Part shown: piece after piece, positions 46,351 to 56,343 of the stretch
Layout: each line of letters starts with the position of its first letter
Numbering within the stretch: the first letter of the stretch is position 1
NCBI GenBank assembly: GCA_040005235.1
Contig: JBDTZG010000002.1
Coordinates: forward strand, 128,001-192,000
Source: Acidobacteriota bacterium
GTDB taxonomy: Bacteria > Acidobacteriota > Thermoanaerobaculia > Multivoradales > UBA5704
Reading direction: 5' to 3'
DNA: 64,000 nucleotides
Program-made: the position numbers and the translations under genes
Notes under the pieces: generated by a model
Told to the model about the DNA's origin: nothing
Database searches by the model: none
Seen by the model: only the letters and a program-made list of their open reading frames with translations

Positions 46351-48825
46351 ATGCCCTCCACTCTTCGCACCCCCACGCCGGAAGCCGGTACGCCCAGTCG
46401 TTGGCGTAAGAAGCGCCTGCTATGGATCGGATTGGGGTTGTTGGTGGTCGTGCTGCTCGCGTTCCTGCCGTTCTGGCAGATCGTCGGCCGGTTCGGGGAC
46501 ATGATTTTCCGCCAGCCCTCGCGGCTCTACGCGCGGATCGATCGGGTGCAAAAAGGCGGTCTGTGCAGCATGGATCGGGTGGTCGCCGAGTTGCGCGCCT
46601 CGGGCTACCGTTCGGTCGGCGGAGAGGGCCCGCTCCTCTCGGGGCGCTATCGCCGAGCGGGGGATCGGCTCGAAGCTCACCTGCGCTATTTCCCGACCCC
46701 CGAAGGCGAGCGCGGCGGAGCGCGGTTCGATCTGCGCACCGCCCAGTCGCGCGTGGTCTCGATCACCCGCGACGGCCGGCCGGTCGACGAGATGATCCTC
46801 GAACCGCCGTTGGTCGCGTCGTACTACGGACCGAAGCTCGAAGAGCGCCGGCCGCTCCGCCTGGAGCAGGTGCCCCAGGATCTGGTGAACGCGGTGCTCG
46901 CGGCGGAGGACGACAGTTTCTTCGAGCACTCGGGGATCTCGGTGCGCGGCGTCGCCCGGGCGGTTTTGGTCAACCTTCGCGGTCACGGCATCCGCCAAGG
47001 CGGCAGCACGCTTACTCAGCAGCTGGTCAAGAACATCTTTCTCACCCAGAAGCGTTCGCTGGGGAGAAAGGCGCAAGAGGCGATCCTCGCGGTGCTGATG
47101 GAGGTGCGGTACGACAAGAAGGAGATCCTGGAGTCGTACCTGAACGAGATCTACCTCGGATCGAGCGGCGGCGTCTCGGTGCTCGGCGTAGGAGCCGCGG
47201 CGCGCGCTTTTTTCGGCAAGGACGCGCGGGATCTCGATCTCGCCGAGGCGGCGACTCTCGCCGGGATGATTCAGTCTCCCGCCCCCTATTCGCCGGTCGC
47301 CCATCCGGAGCGGTGCAAACAGCGCCGCGACTGGGTTTTGGCTCGGCTGGAAGAGCTGGGCCTCGCCGAGCCGGACCGCGTGGCGCGGGCCCTGGCGACG
47401 CCGGTCCTCGCCGAGCCGGAGGCCCCGACCCGCCGCCGCGCGCCCTACTTCAGCGACGCGATGACCCACGAGGTGGAACGCCGTTTCCGCATCGCCGATC
47501 TTGCCGATGCCGGCTTTGCCCTCTATTCGAGCCTCGATCTCACCGATCAGCGCGCGGCGCAGGCGGCGGTCGAGAGCGGCCTCGCCGACCTTGAAAAGAA
47601 GGGACCGCAGGGCGACAGCAAGGGTCCGCTGGAGTCCGCCCTGGTCTCGGTCGATCCGGCGACCGGCGGCCTGCTCGCCTACGTCGGGGGACGAAGCTAT
47701 ACCCGCAGCCAGTTCGATCGGGCGAGCCAGGCGAAGCGCCAGCCCGGCAGCGCGTTCAAGCCAATCGTCTACGCCCAACTGTTCGAATCGGGAAAGGGAA
47801 CGCCGGCGTCGTTCGTCGAGGATTCGCCGCTCACGATCGACATGGCCGGCAAGCCCTGGAGTCCGAAAAACGACGACGGTAGCTTTCACGGCTGGGTCAC
47901 CGTCCGCCGGGCGCTGGAGCACAGCTACAACCCGGCGACGACGCGCATCGCCCTCCAGGTCGGCATGGACCATGTGGTGACGCTTGCCCACAAGATGGGG
48001 GTCGAAGCGGAGATGGACCCGTTCCCCGCGGTGGCGCTCGGCGCCACGTCCGTTTCGCCGATCGAGCTGTTGCGGGTCTATGCGACGCTCGCCGCGGGCG
48101 GCGTCCGTCCGGAGGTCCATGGCATCGACGCGGTGTTCGACCGCTTCGGCAAGCCGGTCGAGGGCGAGGTCCTGCCGGCGCCCGAGCGGGTCCTTTCGCC
48201 GCAGTCGGCGTATCTGGTGACCACTCTGCTTCAAGGCGTGATCGATCGAGGAACCGGCTTTGGGATTCGGGCCCAGGGAATCGAAGGGGCGCTCGCCGGG
48301 AAAACCGGCACCACGAACGACCGGCGCGACGCCTGGTTCGGCGGCTATTCGGTCAACCGCGCGACGGTCGTCTGGGTCGGGTTCGACGACAACTCTCCCA
48401 CCCGCCTGTCGGGCGCCCGCGGCGCCCTGCCGATTTGGGCGCGATTCACCTCGCAGGTCCGCTCTCCGGCGGGATTCCCGCCGTTCAAGCAGCCTCCCGG
48501 CCTGCGGACGGCGATGATCGATCCGACCACCGGCGCGCTCGCCACCGAGTATTGTCCGGCGGTGATCACCGAGGTCTTCCCCGAAGGGAAGGTCCCTTCC
48601 CAGCTGTGCGATCGCCACACCGGATTTGACTCCACGAGCGGCTACGACGAGGACGGCCAGCCGCTCGACGGCGAGGATGCGGGAGGAGTCCAGCCGCAGC
48701 GGCATCCCTTCCGCCGCTGGTTGAACCAGATCTTTGGCAACCGCGATCCCAACGCGCCGCCGCCGCGAAATTCAGGCGACGGTTCGTCGCCTCCCCCGGT
48801 GCCTCCTCCGGATCCCCATCGCTAG
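46351..48825 (+). CDS. mrcB: Penicillin-binding protein 1B (UB2H, transglycosylase, transpeptidase)
   Basis: AEDDSFFEHSG, GGSTLTQQLVKN, YLNEIYLG, SAFK, SYN, KTGT. Confidence 0.9.
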   Translation: MPSTLRTPTPEAGTPSRWRKKRLLWIGLGLLVVVLLAFLPFWQIVGRFGDMIFRQPSRLYARIDRVQKGGLCSMDRVVAELRASGYRSVGGEGPLLSGRYRRAGDRLEAHLRYFPTPEGERGGARFDLRTAQSRVVSITRDGRPVDEMILEPPLVASYYGPKLEERRPLRLEQVPQDLVNAVLAAEDDSFFEHSGISVRGVARAVLVNLRGHGIRQGGSTLTQQLVKNIFLTQKRSLGRKAQEAILAVLMEVRYDKKEILESYLNEIYLGSSGGVSVLGVGAAARAFFGKDARDLDLAEAATLAGMIQSPAPYSPVAHPERCKQRRDWVLARLEELGLAEPDRVARALATPVLAEPEAPTRRRAPYFSDAMTHEVERRFRIADLADAGFALYSSLDLTDQRAAQAAVESGLADLEKKGPQGDSKGPLESALVSVDPATGGLLAYVGGRSYTRSQFDRASQAKRQPGSAFKPIVYAQLFESGKGTPASFVEDSPLTIDMAGKPWSPKNDDGSFHGWVTVRRALEHSYNPATTRIALQVGMDHVVTLAHKMGVEAEMDPFPAVALGATSVSPIELLRVYATLAAGGVRPEVHGIDAVFDRFGKPVEGEVLPAPERVLSPQSAYLVTTLLQGVIDRGTGFGIRAQGIEGALAGKTGTTNDRRDAWFGGYSVNRATVVWVGFDDNSPTRLSGARGALPIWARFTSQVRSPAGFPPFKQPPGLRTAMIDPTTGALATEYCPAVITEVFPEGKVPSQLCDRHTGFDSTSGYDEDGQPLDGEDAGGVQPQRHPFRRWLNQIFGNRDPNAPPPRNSGDGSSPPPVPPPDPHR

Positions 48826-48867
48826 ACCTACAAGGCGGCCGCCGCGCGGTGCCGCGAGAGAGGCTCC

Positions 48868-49764
48868 ATGCCCGACATCCGCCGCTTTTACCTGGTTCCC
48901 CTCCGGCTCGAAGAGCTGTTCGCCGCCGAGCTGTGGGCTGCCGGAACGCTCGGCCTGGAGATCAAGCCGCACGACGGCGAGCGGGTGCGGATCGAGGCGT
49001 ACTTCGACGAGGCGGCGCCGGAACCTGGTCTCGCGGCGATGGGGCTTCTAGGTTTCGAAGAGATCGAGACGGTGGGCGTTGAGCCCGTGCCCCAGGTCGA
49101 CTGGCTGGCCCGCTACCGCGAAAACGCCCGGCCGTTCTGGGTCGGCCGGCGGCTGTTGCTCGATCCCCGCGAACCGGACGAGCCCCCTTGTGAGGTTCCG
49201 CCGGGGCGCGTTCTCCTCCGCCTGCCGGCGCGTTCGGCGTTCGGCGTCGGCAGTCACGAATCGACCCGTTTGGCGCTGGAGCTGCTGGAGGATTTGGTCG
49301 AGGATTGGGCGGAGGAGGGAGGGCTCGCCGGCCGCACCGCGCTGGAGATCGGCGCCGGCACGGCGGTCCTGTCGTTCGCCGCGCTCCGGTTCGGCGCCCG
49401 TTCGGCGATCGCTTTCGATCTCGATCCCGGCGCACCGATCCACGCCCGCGACAACAGCCGGCTGAACGACTTGTATCCGCGCCATTTCGCCGGCCGGCTC
49501 GCGGCGCTGGTCGCCCCGCCTCATCCGAAATCGCGGTTCGATCTCCTGCTGTTGAACGTCCTTCCCGAGGAGATCCTTTCTGAGCTTCCCGATCTGGCCG
49601 AGCGGCTCGCGCCGGGCGGCGAGCTGATCTTTTCCGGCATTCTCGCCGAACGTGGCGATGAGATTTTGGCCCGGGTCGCCGCGCTCGGCCTGGTCGAGCG
49701 CGGCCGGCGGATCGCCAACGAGTGGATCGCGTTCCGGCTGGTGCGGGCCGCCCCCGGCGCGTGA
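48868..49764 (+). CDS. prmA: Ribosomal protein L11 methyltransferase
   Basis: DWLARYRE, AFGVGSHESTRL, LEIGAGTAVLS, LIFSGIL, EW. Confidence 0.85.
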   Translation: MPDIRRFYLVPLRLEELFAAELWAAGTLGLEIKPHDGERVRIEAYFDEAAPEPGLAAMGLLGFEEIETVGVEPVPQVDWLARYRENARPFWVGRRLLLDPREPDEPPCEVPPGRVLLRLPARSAFGVGSHESTRLALELLEDLVEDWAEEGGLAGRTALEIGAGTAVLSFAALRFGARSAIAFDLDPGAPIHARDNSRLNDLYPRHFAGRLAALVAPPHPKSRFDLLLLNVLPEEILSELPDLAERLAPGGELIFSGILAERGDEILARVAALGLVERGRRIANEWIAFRLVRAAPGA

Positions 49765-50498
49765 TCACCCTTCTCGTCTCCCCGGAAGACTTTTTCGCCG
49801 CTGAAATCGCGGTCGAAGGGGAGGCCTACCGCCACCTGTTTCGCGCCCGCCGCGCCGAAGTGGGAGATTCGATTCGCCTGACCGACGGCTTGGGGACCGC
49901 GCGCGCCGGGCGGGTCGTCCGCATCGACCGCAAGGCGGGCTGGATCGCCCCGGTCGAACCGATCGAGGAGCTGCCGGAGAACGAGCCCGCGCTCCGCCTC
50001 TCCCTCCTGGTGCCGACTCTGCGTCCCGAGCGCGCCGCCTGGCTGGTCGAGAAGGCGACCGAGCTGGGGGTCGCCGCGATCCGCTTTCTCCACACCGAGC
50101 GCGCGCCGCGCGATTTCGGCTCCGGCACGCTCGACCGGCTCCGCCGGGTGGCGGTCTCGGCGCTCGAACAGTGCCACGGCTCCCGCCTGCCCCTGATCGA
50201 TGGCCCTCACGGCTGGAGCGATCTGGCGAAACTCGCGGAGGGAATGGAGGCGCGATGGGTGCTCGATCCGGGCGGTGATCCGGATCTCGGCGTCGATCGG
50301 GAGGCGCGCGCGACGCGCACCTCGGCGCTGCTCGTCGGTCCCGAAGGGGGGCTGACGGATCAGGAGCTTGCCGCCGCCCGCTCGCTGGGTTTTCGTCCCG
50401 TGGCTCTCGGTCCGCGAATATTGCGGATCGAAACCGCCGCGGTGGCCGGAGCCTCTCTCGCGCTTCTGGCCGTAACTCCCGGGCCGGGAAGAGAATAG
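49761..50498 (+). CDS. rsmE: 16S rRNA m3U1498 methyltransferase
   Basis: VEKATELGV, ALEQC, VGPEGG, LGPRILRIETAA; GTGA overlap with prmA. Confidence 0.92.
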   Translation: MITLLVSPEDFFAAEIAVEGEAYRHLFRARRAEVGDSIRLTDGLGTARAGRVVRIDRKAGWIAPVEPIEELPENEPALRLSLLVPTLRPERAAWLVEKATELGVAAIRFLHTERAPRDFGSGTLDRLRRVAVSALEQCHGSRLPLIDGPHGWSDLAKLAEGMEARWVLDPGGDPDLGVDREARATRTSALLVGPEGGLTDQELAAARSLGFRPVALGPRILRIETAAVAGASLALLAVTPGPGRE

Positions 50499-50533
50499 GA
50501 TGAGGTCGCCCCCCCTTTAAAGAGAGGAACGAC

Positions 50534-50959
50534 ATGTCCGAGCCTTCGACCCCTTCCCCTTCTTCGCCGACCTCCCCACCCCCCCGCCGGTTGGCACGGC
50601 GTCTCGGTTGCGGAGCGGCCCTCGTCCTGCTGCTCGCCGCGGGCGGTTTCGCCCTCTACGTCTGGGCGGCGCTCAAGTTCAATTTCTCGGAAGGCGAGCG
50701 GGCGGGGTACGTCCAGAAGTTCTCGAAGAAGGGCTGGGTGTGCAAGACCTGGGAGGGGGAGCTGGCGATGGTGAGCCTGCCGGGCACCCTTGCCGAGACG
50801 TTCCGGTTTTCGGTGCGCGACGCCAAGGTGGCCGAGGTGATCAACGCCTCCGTCGGCAAACGGGTGGCGCTCTCCTACGAGCAGCATAAGGGGATTCCCA
50901 CGGACTGTTTCGGCGAGACCGACTACTTCGTGACCGGTGCCAAGCGGGTCGAACCGTAG
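50534..50959 (+). CDS. Conserved membrane-anchored hypothetical protein
   Basis: Single TM, then SEGERAGYVQKFSKKGWVCKTWEGEL...FGETDYFV. Confidence 0.78.
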   Translation: MSEPSTPSPSSPTSPPPRRLARRLGCGAALVLLLAAGGFALYVWAALKFNFSEGERAGYVQKFSKKGWVCKTWEGELAMVSLPGTLAETFRFSVRDAKVAEVINASVGKRVALSYEQHKGIPTDCFGETDYFVTGAKRVEP

Positions 50960-51045
50960 AGATGGGCGACATGGACACCCTTCCCCCCATCGGCTACGAT
51001 CGCTCGCTCAGGACCTCTGTACGAAATCCAAAGGGAGGCCCCGCC

Positions 51046-52011
51046 GTGGCGAACCATCCGTTCGAAGGAATCCGCTGGGCTTGGATGAACGGCCGATTGG
51101 TGGAGTTCGAAAAAGCCACCGTCCCGGTCATGACCCATGCTCTGCATTACGGCACCGGAGTGTTCGAAGGCATCCGGTGCTATCAGACCCAGCAGGGTTC
51201 GGCGGTGTTCCGTCTGGCGGAGCACATCCAGCGGTTGCTCCATTCGGCCAAAATCTGCCGCATGGAGCTGGCGTTTTCCGCGGGCGAGCTGGAGGCGGCG
51301 GTCGATGAGACGATCCGCGCCAACGAGCTGAACGCCTGCTACATCCGGCCGATCGCGTTCCGCGGTTTCGGGCCGATGGGCGTCAATCCGCTCAAATCGC
51401 CGATTGAGGTCGCGATCGGCGTCTGGCCCTGGGGGACCTATCTGGGCGAGGAAGCGCTGGAGAAAGGCGTCGACGTCTGCGTCTCCTCGTGGCGCCGGCC
51501 GTCCCAGGACGCGGTGCCCGCGATCTCCAAAGCGACCGGCAACTACATGAACGGCGGCCTGATCAAGATGGAGGCGGTCCTCGGAGGCTTCCACGAGGCG
51601 ATCGCGCTCGATACCGCGGGCTACGTCAGCGAAGGTTCGGGCGAGAACCTGTTTCTGGTACAGGGCGGCGTGCTCTACACGCCGCCGGTCGCGTCGTCGA
51701 TCCTCGCCGGCATCACCCGCGATACGGTGCTGACCCTCGCCCGCGACCTCGGGATCGCGATCCGCGAAGAGACCATTCCGCGAAGCCTGCTCTACATCTG
51801 CGACGAGCTCTTCTTCACCGGCACCGCGGCCGAGATCACGCCGATCCGCTCCGTCGATCGAATCACGGTCGGCCTCGGACGGCCCGGCGAGATCACCCGC
51901 CGGCTGATGGCCGAATTCCGGCGCGTCGTCACGGGCGAGACGCCCGATCGCCATGGCTGGCTCCACCCGGTCGCCGTCGAGGCGGCGGCTTCGTTGGCTT
52001 CGGTCGTCTGA
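51046..52011 (+). CDS. ilvE: Branched-chain amino acid aminotransferase
   Basis: HALHYGTGVFEGIR, YIRP, KATGNY, EGSGENLF, ILAGITR, GTAAEITP; GGAGG RBS and GTG start. Confidence 0.93.
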   Translation: MANHPFEGIRWAWMNGRLVEFEKATVPVMTHALHYGTGVFEGIRCYQTQQGSAVFRLAEHIQRLLHSAKICRMELAFSAGELEAAVDETIRANELNACYIRPIAFRGFGPMGVNPLKSPIEVAIGVWPWGTYLGEEALEKGVDVCVSSWRRPSQDAVPAISKATGNYMNGGLIKMEAVLGGFHEAIALDTAGYVSEGSGENLFLVQGGVLYTPPVASSILAGITRDTVLTLARDLGIAIREETIPRSLLYICDELFFTGTAAEITPIRSVDRITVGLGRPGEITRRLMAEFRRVVTGETPDRHGWLHPVAVEAAASLASVV

Positions 52012-52030
52012 CGCGATGAGTTTCTTCTAG

Positions 52031-53203
52031 ATGAACATCAACGACCTGCTCAAGATCGCGGTCGAACGCAAGGCCTCCGACCTTCACCTGAAGGTCGGCA
52101 GCCATCCGGTCATTCGCGTCGACGGCGAGCTGATCGGCCTTGCCGATTTGAAGCGCCTGCTCCAAGAGGACACCATCGCGATGGCGTTCTCGATCATGAA
52201 CGCGCGCCAGAAGCAGCGCTTCAAGGAAGAGTACGAGCTCGACATCGCGTATTCTGTTCCCGGTCTCGGCCGTTTCCGGTGCAACGTCTTCCAGCAGCGC
52301 GGCGCGGTGGGCCTGGTGCTCCGCGTCATCCCGGCCCGCATCCAGACGATGCGCGAGCTGATGCTGCCGCCCGTGCTCGAAAAGATCTGCGAGGAACGCC
52401 GCGGCCTGATCCTCTGCACGGGGACCACCGGCTCGGGCAAGTCGACGACGCTCGCCGCGATGCTCGACTCGATCAATTCCGGGCGCTCCGAGCACATCAT
52501 GACGATCGAGGACCCGATCGAATTCCTCCACCGGGACAAGAAATCGATCGTCAACCAGCGCGAGATCGACGTCGACACGCGGGCCTTCTCGCCCGCCCTG
52601 CGCGCCGCCCTGCGCCAAGACCCGGACGTCATCCTGGTCGGCGAAATGCGCGACTACGAGACGATCGAAACCGCGCTGCTCGCGGCCGAGACGGGCCACC
52701 TCGTCTTTTCGACCCTTCACACCCTGGACGCGACGGAAACGATCAACCGCATCATCTCGGTCTTCCCGCCGCATCATCAAAAGCAGATCCGCATTCAGCT
52801 TTCCGCGGTCTTGAAGTCGGTCGTCTCCCTTCGCCTGCTGCCTCGCGCCGACGGCATCGGCCGGGTGCCGGCGGTCGAGGTGATGATTTCGACCCCCTAC
52901 ATCCGCGACTGCATCGAGAACAAAGAGAAGACCAAGTTCATCCGCGAGCAAATCGCCGGCGGCACCAGCCAGTACGGCATGCAGACGTTCGACCAGTCGC
53001 TGTTTCAGCTGTATAAGGGCGGCCTGATCACGCTCGAAGAGGCGCTACGCCGCGCTTCGAACCCGGACGAGTTCAAGCTCAAAATCCAGGGCGTGCAGTT
53101 CACCTCGGACGCCGCGCGCGAGCAGATGGAAGAGTCGATCGAGCTGGCGCCCGAAAACGATCTGCTCGGTTCGGCCTCGCCGTTCGAGATCGAACACAAC
53201 TGA
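52031..53203 (+). CDS. pilT: PilT/PilU-family type IV pilus ATPase
   Basis: ASDLHL, GTTGSGKST, TIEDPIE, LRQDPDVILVGEMRD, AETGH..STLH, GMQTFDQSL; the AIRNLIRE motif is replaced by YIRDCIEN. Confidence 0.85.
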   Translation: MNINDLLKIAVERKASDLHLKVGSHPVIRVDGELIGLADLKRLLQEDTIAMAFSIMNARQKQRFKEEYELDIAYSVPGLGRFRCNVFQQRGAVGLVLRVIPARIQTMRELMLPPVLEKICEERRGLILCTGTTGSGKSTTLAAMLDSINSGRSEHIMTIEDPIEFLHRDKKSIVNQREIDVDTRAFSPALRAALRQDPDVILVGEMRDYETIETALLAAETGHLVFSTLHTLDATETINRIISVFPPHHQKQIRIQLSAVLKSVVSLRLLPRADGIGRVPAVEVMISTPYIRDCIENKEKTKFIREQIAGGTSQYGMQTFDQSLFQLYKGGLITLEEALRRASNPDEFKLKIQGVQFTSDAAREQMEESIELAPENDLLGSASPFEIEHN

Positions 53204-53231
53204 CGACCGACGGCACATTCGTGAACACCCC

Positions 53232-53699
53232 ATGACCCGGGAAAAACCGCCCGCCTACGAGCAGGCGGTTCGACTGCTCGGAACCCGGCCCCACTTTCGC
53301 CGCGAGCTGGAACAGAAGCTCGCGGCCCGCGCCTACGAAGACGCCGAAGTCGCCCCGGCGCTCGACCGGTTGGCGGGAGCCGGCTACCTCGACGACTTTT
53401 CGACCGCCCGCTCCTTCGTCGCCCAGCGCCTCGCTCGCGGCGCCGAAGGAAAACTCAAGCTGAAAGCCGAGCTGGAACGCCGCGGGGCCTCGTCCGCAGC
53501 CGTGGCGGCGGCGCTCGCCGAGATCCCCGACGACGACCTGGAACCCGCGCGGCAAGCCGCCGCCAAGTGGTCGCGCCGCGGCAAGACCGATCCCGCGGCG
53601 CTCGCCCGGCATCTCGCGGCCAAGGGGTTCTCGCGCCGGGCGATCGGGGCGGTGATCGCAGCAGGCGGCTGGGATGAAACCTTTGATCTCGATTCGTAA
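53232..53699 (+). CDS. recX: Regulatory protein RecX
   Basis: AVRLL..RPH..RELEQKL, GYLDD..A, ELERRG, LAAKGFS. Confidence 0.85.
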   Translation: MTREKPPAYEQAVRLLGTRPHFRRELEQKLAARAYEDAEVAPALDRLAGAGYLDDFSTARSFVAQRLARGAEGKLKLKAELERRGASSAAVAAALAEIPDDDLEPARQAAAKWSRRGKTDPAALARHLAAKGFSRRAIGAVIAAGGWDETFDLDS

Positions 53700-53769
53700 C
53701 CGGGGACCGCTTCGCAGGAGCCGAGACGCACTTCGCGGCTTCCCGCAAGCGCCTCCCCGCTTCGCAAAC

Positions 53770-53895
53770 CCGGTGGGCAGGCGCCGGAAAGCGGCGGGCA
53801 GGTGCCGGAAACCGCCGGGCAGGCGCCGAAACCCGGTGGGCAGGTGCCGGAAACCGCCGGGCAGGCGCCGGAATCCGGTGGGCAGGAAGCGGAGA
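53770..53895. repeat. 21-bp tandem repeat, 6 units, inside a longer degenerate repeat tract (about 53700-54230)
   Basis: Unit ccggtgggcaggYgccggaaa and variants; flanks carry repeated accgcttcgca / tgcgaagcggt. Confidence 0.88.
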
Positions 53896-54350
53896 GTGCT
53901 GTGCGGCAACCCAAACCCACCGGATCGGGTCCGAGCACCGCTTCGCAAGGTGCCGGAAGCGGCGGATGGGCGCCGAGCACCGGTTTGCGCCCGCCGCGAA
54001 GCGCTTCTAGGGACCGGGCCACCGGTGCGCTGACGCGATCCACCGGTCTCCGCTTCCCACCCGCCGCTCTTGGGCAGCCGCGAAGCGGTCACGGGTCTTC
54101 ACCCACCGCTTCTGGGAACCTGCGAAGCGGTGTTCGGACTCGGCCCACCACTTTGGGGAACCTGCGAAGCGGTCTCCGGGCTCGGTCTACCACCTGGGTG
54201 AAACTGCCCACCGGAGCCGGAAAGTGAACCCCAAGCGGCGGGCGTATCCCGAGATCTCGCTCGACCTCGAAGCGTTCTGGGGAAAGGTGGAGCGGCGGCT
54301 GGGGTAAGAAACCGTTGGCAGGGGGAGATGCGGCGCCGCCCGGACAATCC

Positions 54351-55802
54351 TCAACCGATCGGATCGTGAGGGCGGCGCGCCAAGTCGCGGGCGGCTTGCC
54401 GGGCAAGGGCGGCGGTGGCGGTTTCTTGGACCGCCGCGGCGAGGAACAGCTTGAGCGACACGTGCGCTTCGCGGTGGAGCTGTTCGCTCTCGAAGGTCTT
54501 GCGCATCTCGAAGACCATCGAGCGGACTTCCGCCCCCCGCCCCTCGCCCAAAAGGAGCGCCGCTTCGTCCAGACCCACGAGCGCCGCGTCGAGATGGAGA
54601 TTGAGATCCGCGAAAGCTTTTCGCACGTCGGGATAGCGGGCCAGCGCCTCGGCCGTCCTGCCGCTCGCGGCACAGATCCAGGCTTCCAGCCAATCAACGC
54701 GGAGGCGGTCCAAGTCGTTGCCCAGCTCCCCGGCCAGGGAGCGGATCTCGGGCAGCAGCGTCTCGGCCTCCGCGGGCCGGTCGAGGTGGAGCAGGTTGGT
54801 GGCGAGGTTGAACCGGAGAACGCAGCGCGGGCGCAAGTCCCCTATGGCTTCGATCAGGGGCGCGGCTTCGCGCAGGGTGGCGACCGCCGCTTCAGGGTCA
54901 CCCTTCTGCGCAAGAGTCGTCGCGCGATTGATGAGCAAGCGGCCGCGGAGCGGTCCTTCCCCTTCAAGCGCCTGGGCGCGATCATGGCGTTCGAACGCAG
55001 CAGAAAATCGGCGTTGATCCCGCGACAGTGAGGCCTCGCGATCGAGAACGCGGACTTCCGACAGCAGGCCCGGATCGTCGGCCGCGCCGCGGTCGAACCG
55101 CCCACGGGCGCGGCGCAGGGTGATCTCGGCGCCGTGGGGCTGGTTGGCCACACGGATCGCGTTGGCGAGGAAAACGCCCGCGTAGCCGCAAACACGCTCT
55201 CGCCAGCCCTCGCCACCGGGAACTTGCTCCGCCAGCTGAACCGCGAGCCGTGCCAGGTCGAGCGCCTCGCATGCAGTGGCGCTCGCCTTGACCTCGCTGA
55301 GGTGACAAAGGATCTCCACGAGAGCCCACGCGTGGAACGAGGGGAGGGTTTCGACCAGCAGGCGCCGTTCCTCGGCCGACCGGGGCTCGAGGCGCTTCCA
55401 GAGCGCGAGCGCCGGAAGTCGATCTTCCGCTCGCGGCCCGGCGGGTTCGGCGGTTCCGCCCCCCAGGCCGGAAAGGGCGGGCACCATGGCGGCGGCGGCG
55501 CGGCGCCCGGCTTCCGATCCGAGGGTCGGCCCGAGATCCGGCCCGATACCCGGCCCGCCGTCCCCCTGGGCTAGCTCGCGATCGGCCTGGACCACGCTTT
55601 CCAAGAAGCTCAACGAGCGGCGGGCGGCCGCTGCGATCCGTTCGAGCTGTGGGCGCTCCGGGGTTACCTCGCCCCGTTCGTAGTCCGAAATCTGGCTGGC
55701 GTGCATCCCTGCGCGCTCGGCCAGCTCGCCCTGGTTGAGGTTGGCGAGCGCCCGGGCGACCCTCACGATCGCCGACTCGACCGCCTGGCTCTTTTCAGCC
55801 AT
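54351..55802 (-). CDS. XRE-family HTH plus TPR regulator (paralogue A)
   Basis: LNQGELAERAGMHASQISDYERG HTH followed by a helical TPR-like region; GGGGAGG RBS before ATG 55802. Confidence 0.88.
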   Translation of the reverse strand: MAEKSQAVESAIVRVARALANLNQGELAERAGMHASQISDYERGEVTPERPQLERIAAAARRSLSFLESVVQADRELAQGDGGPGIGPDLGPTLGSEAGRRAAAAMVPALSGLGGGTAEPAGPRAEDRLPALALWKRLEPRSAEERRLLVETLPSFHAWALVEILCHLSEVKASATACEALDLARLAVQLAEQVPGGEGWRERVCGYAGVFLANAIRVANQPHGAEITLRRARGRFDRGAADDPGLLSEVRVLDREASLSRDQRRFSAAFERHDRAQALEGEGPLRGRLLINRATTLAQKGDPEAAVATLREAAPLIEAIGDLRPRCVLRFNLATNLLHLDRPAEAETLLPEIRSLAGELGNDLDRLRVDWLEAWICAASGRTAEALARYPDVRKAFADLNLHLDAALVGLDEAALLLGEGRGAEVRSMVFEMRKTFESEQLHREAHVSLKLFLAAAVQETATAALARQAARDLARRPHDPIG

Positions 55803-55857
55803 CGTCAGCCTCCCCGAACCGCCGGCCGATGCCGCATGATCCCCAGGGCGACAAAGT

Positions 55858-55877
55858 TCGGCGAATCCCTTCGCCGA
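55858..55877. promoter_or_regulatory. Perfect palindrome in divergent intergenic region, candidate operator
   Basis: tcggcgaa-tccc-ttcgccga between the HTH-TPR gene and the peptide gene. Confidence 0.5.
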
Positions 55878-55931
55878 GCCTCGCGCGGGCCGGACGAACC
55901 GGCCCCGCCATACGCGCCCGGGAGAATCCTC

Positions 55932-56219
55932 ATGGCTCGCTTCAAGGTCTTCGTACCCCTCGTTCTCATCCTGCTGCTCATCGTACCCGCGGCGGCCTCG
56001 GCCGCCACCCTCTCCCGCGGTTCCGGCGAGGGCTGGTCCACCTGGATGCGTTCGATCTGGGCTGCGATCGGCTGTACTATTGATCCTAGCGGTTCTTGCG
56101 CACAAGAGCCAAGATCCAACATCGGCTGCGGCATCGATCCGGGCGGGCACTGCGGCGGCGCGCCCGCCCCGGCGGAGATCGGCTGCATTCTCGATCCGGG
56201 TGGGCGCTGCCGCGGTTGA
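55932..56219 (+). CDS. Secreted peptide precursor with three IGCxxDPxGxC repeats
   Basis: GGAG RBS; MARFKVFVPLVLILLLIVPAAASA signal peptide; cores IGCTIDPSGSC, IGCGIDPGGHC, IGCILDPGGRC. Confidence 0.85.
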   Translation: MARFKVFVPLVLILLLIVPAAASAATLSRGSGEGWSTWMRSIWAAIGCTIDPSGSCAQEPRSNIGCGIDPGGHCGGAPAPAEIGCILDPGGRCRG

Positions 56220-56255
56220 GACCTGGGCCTTCGACCGAATCAGGTTGGGAAAGTG

Positions 56256-56323
56256 GTAGGGGCGGAGCTCGCCTCCGCCCGAGATCTGCGGCAACCGCGG
56301 TCGGAGGCAAGCTCCGCCCCTAC
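56256..56323. repeat. GTAG-type REP doublet
   Basis: gtaggggcggagctcgcctccg...cggaggcaagctccgcccctac inverted pair with GTAG ends. Confidence 0.8.
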
Positions 56324-56343
56324 GACAACCCAGGCCGCGATCG

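Noticed and set aside
53674-54227. ORFs translating the 21-bp repeats (heptad-repeat proteins)
   Set aside because: Open in several frames only because the unit is a multiple of 3; no RBS or protein-like composition.
55803-56294. N-terminal extension of the 647-aa HTH-TPR ORF
   Set aside because: It is the antisense of the peptide gene and REP; an RBS-supported ATG at 55802 aligns with paralogue B.
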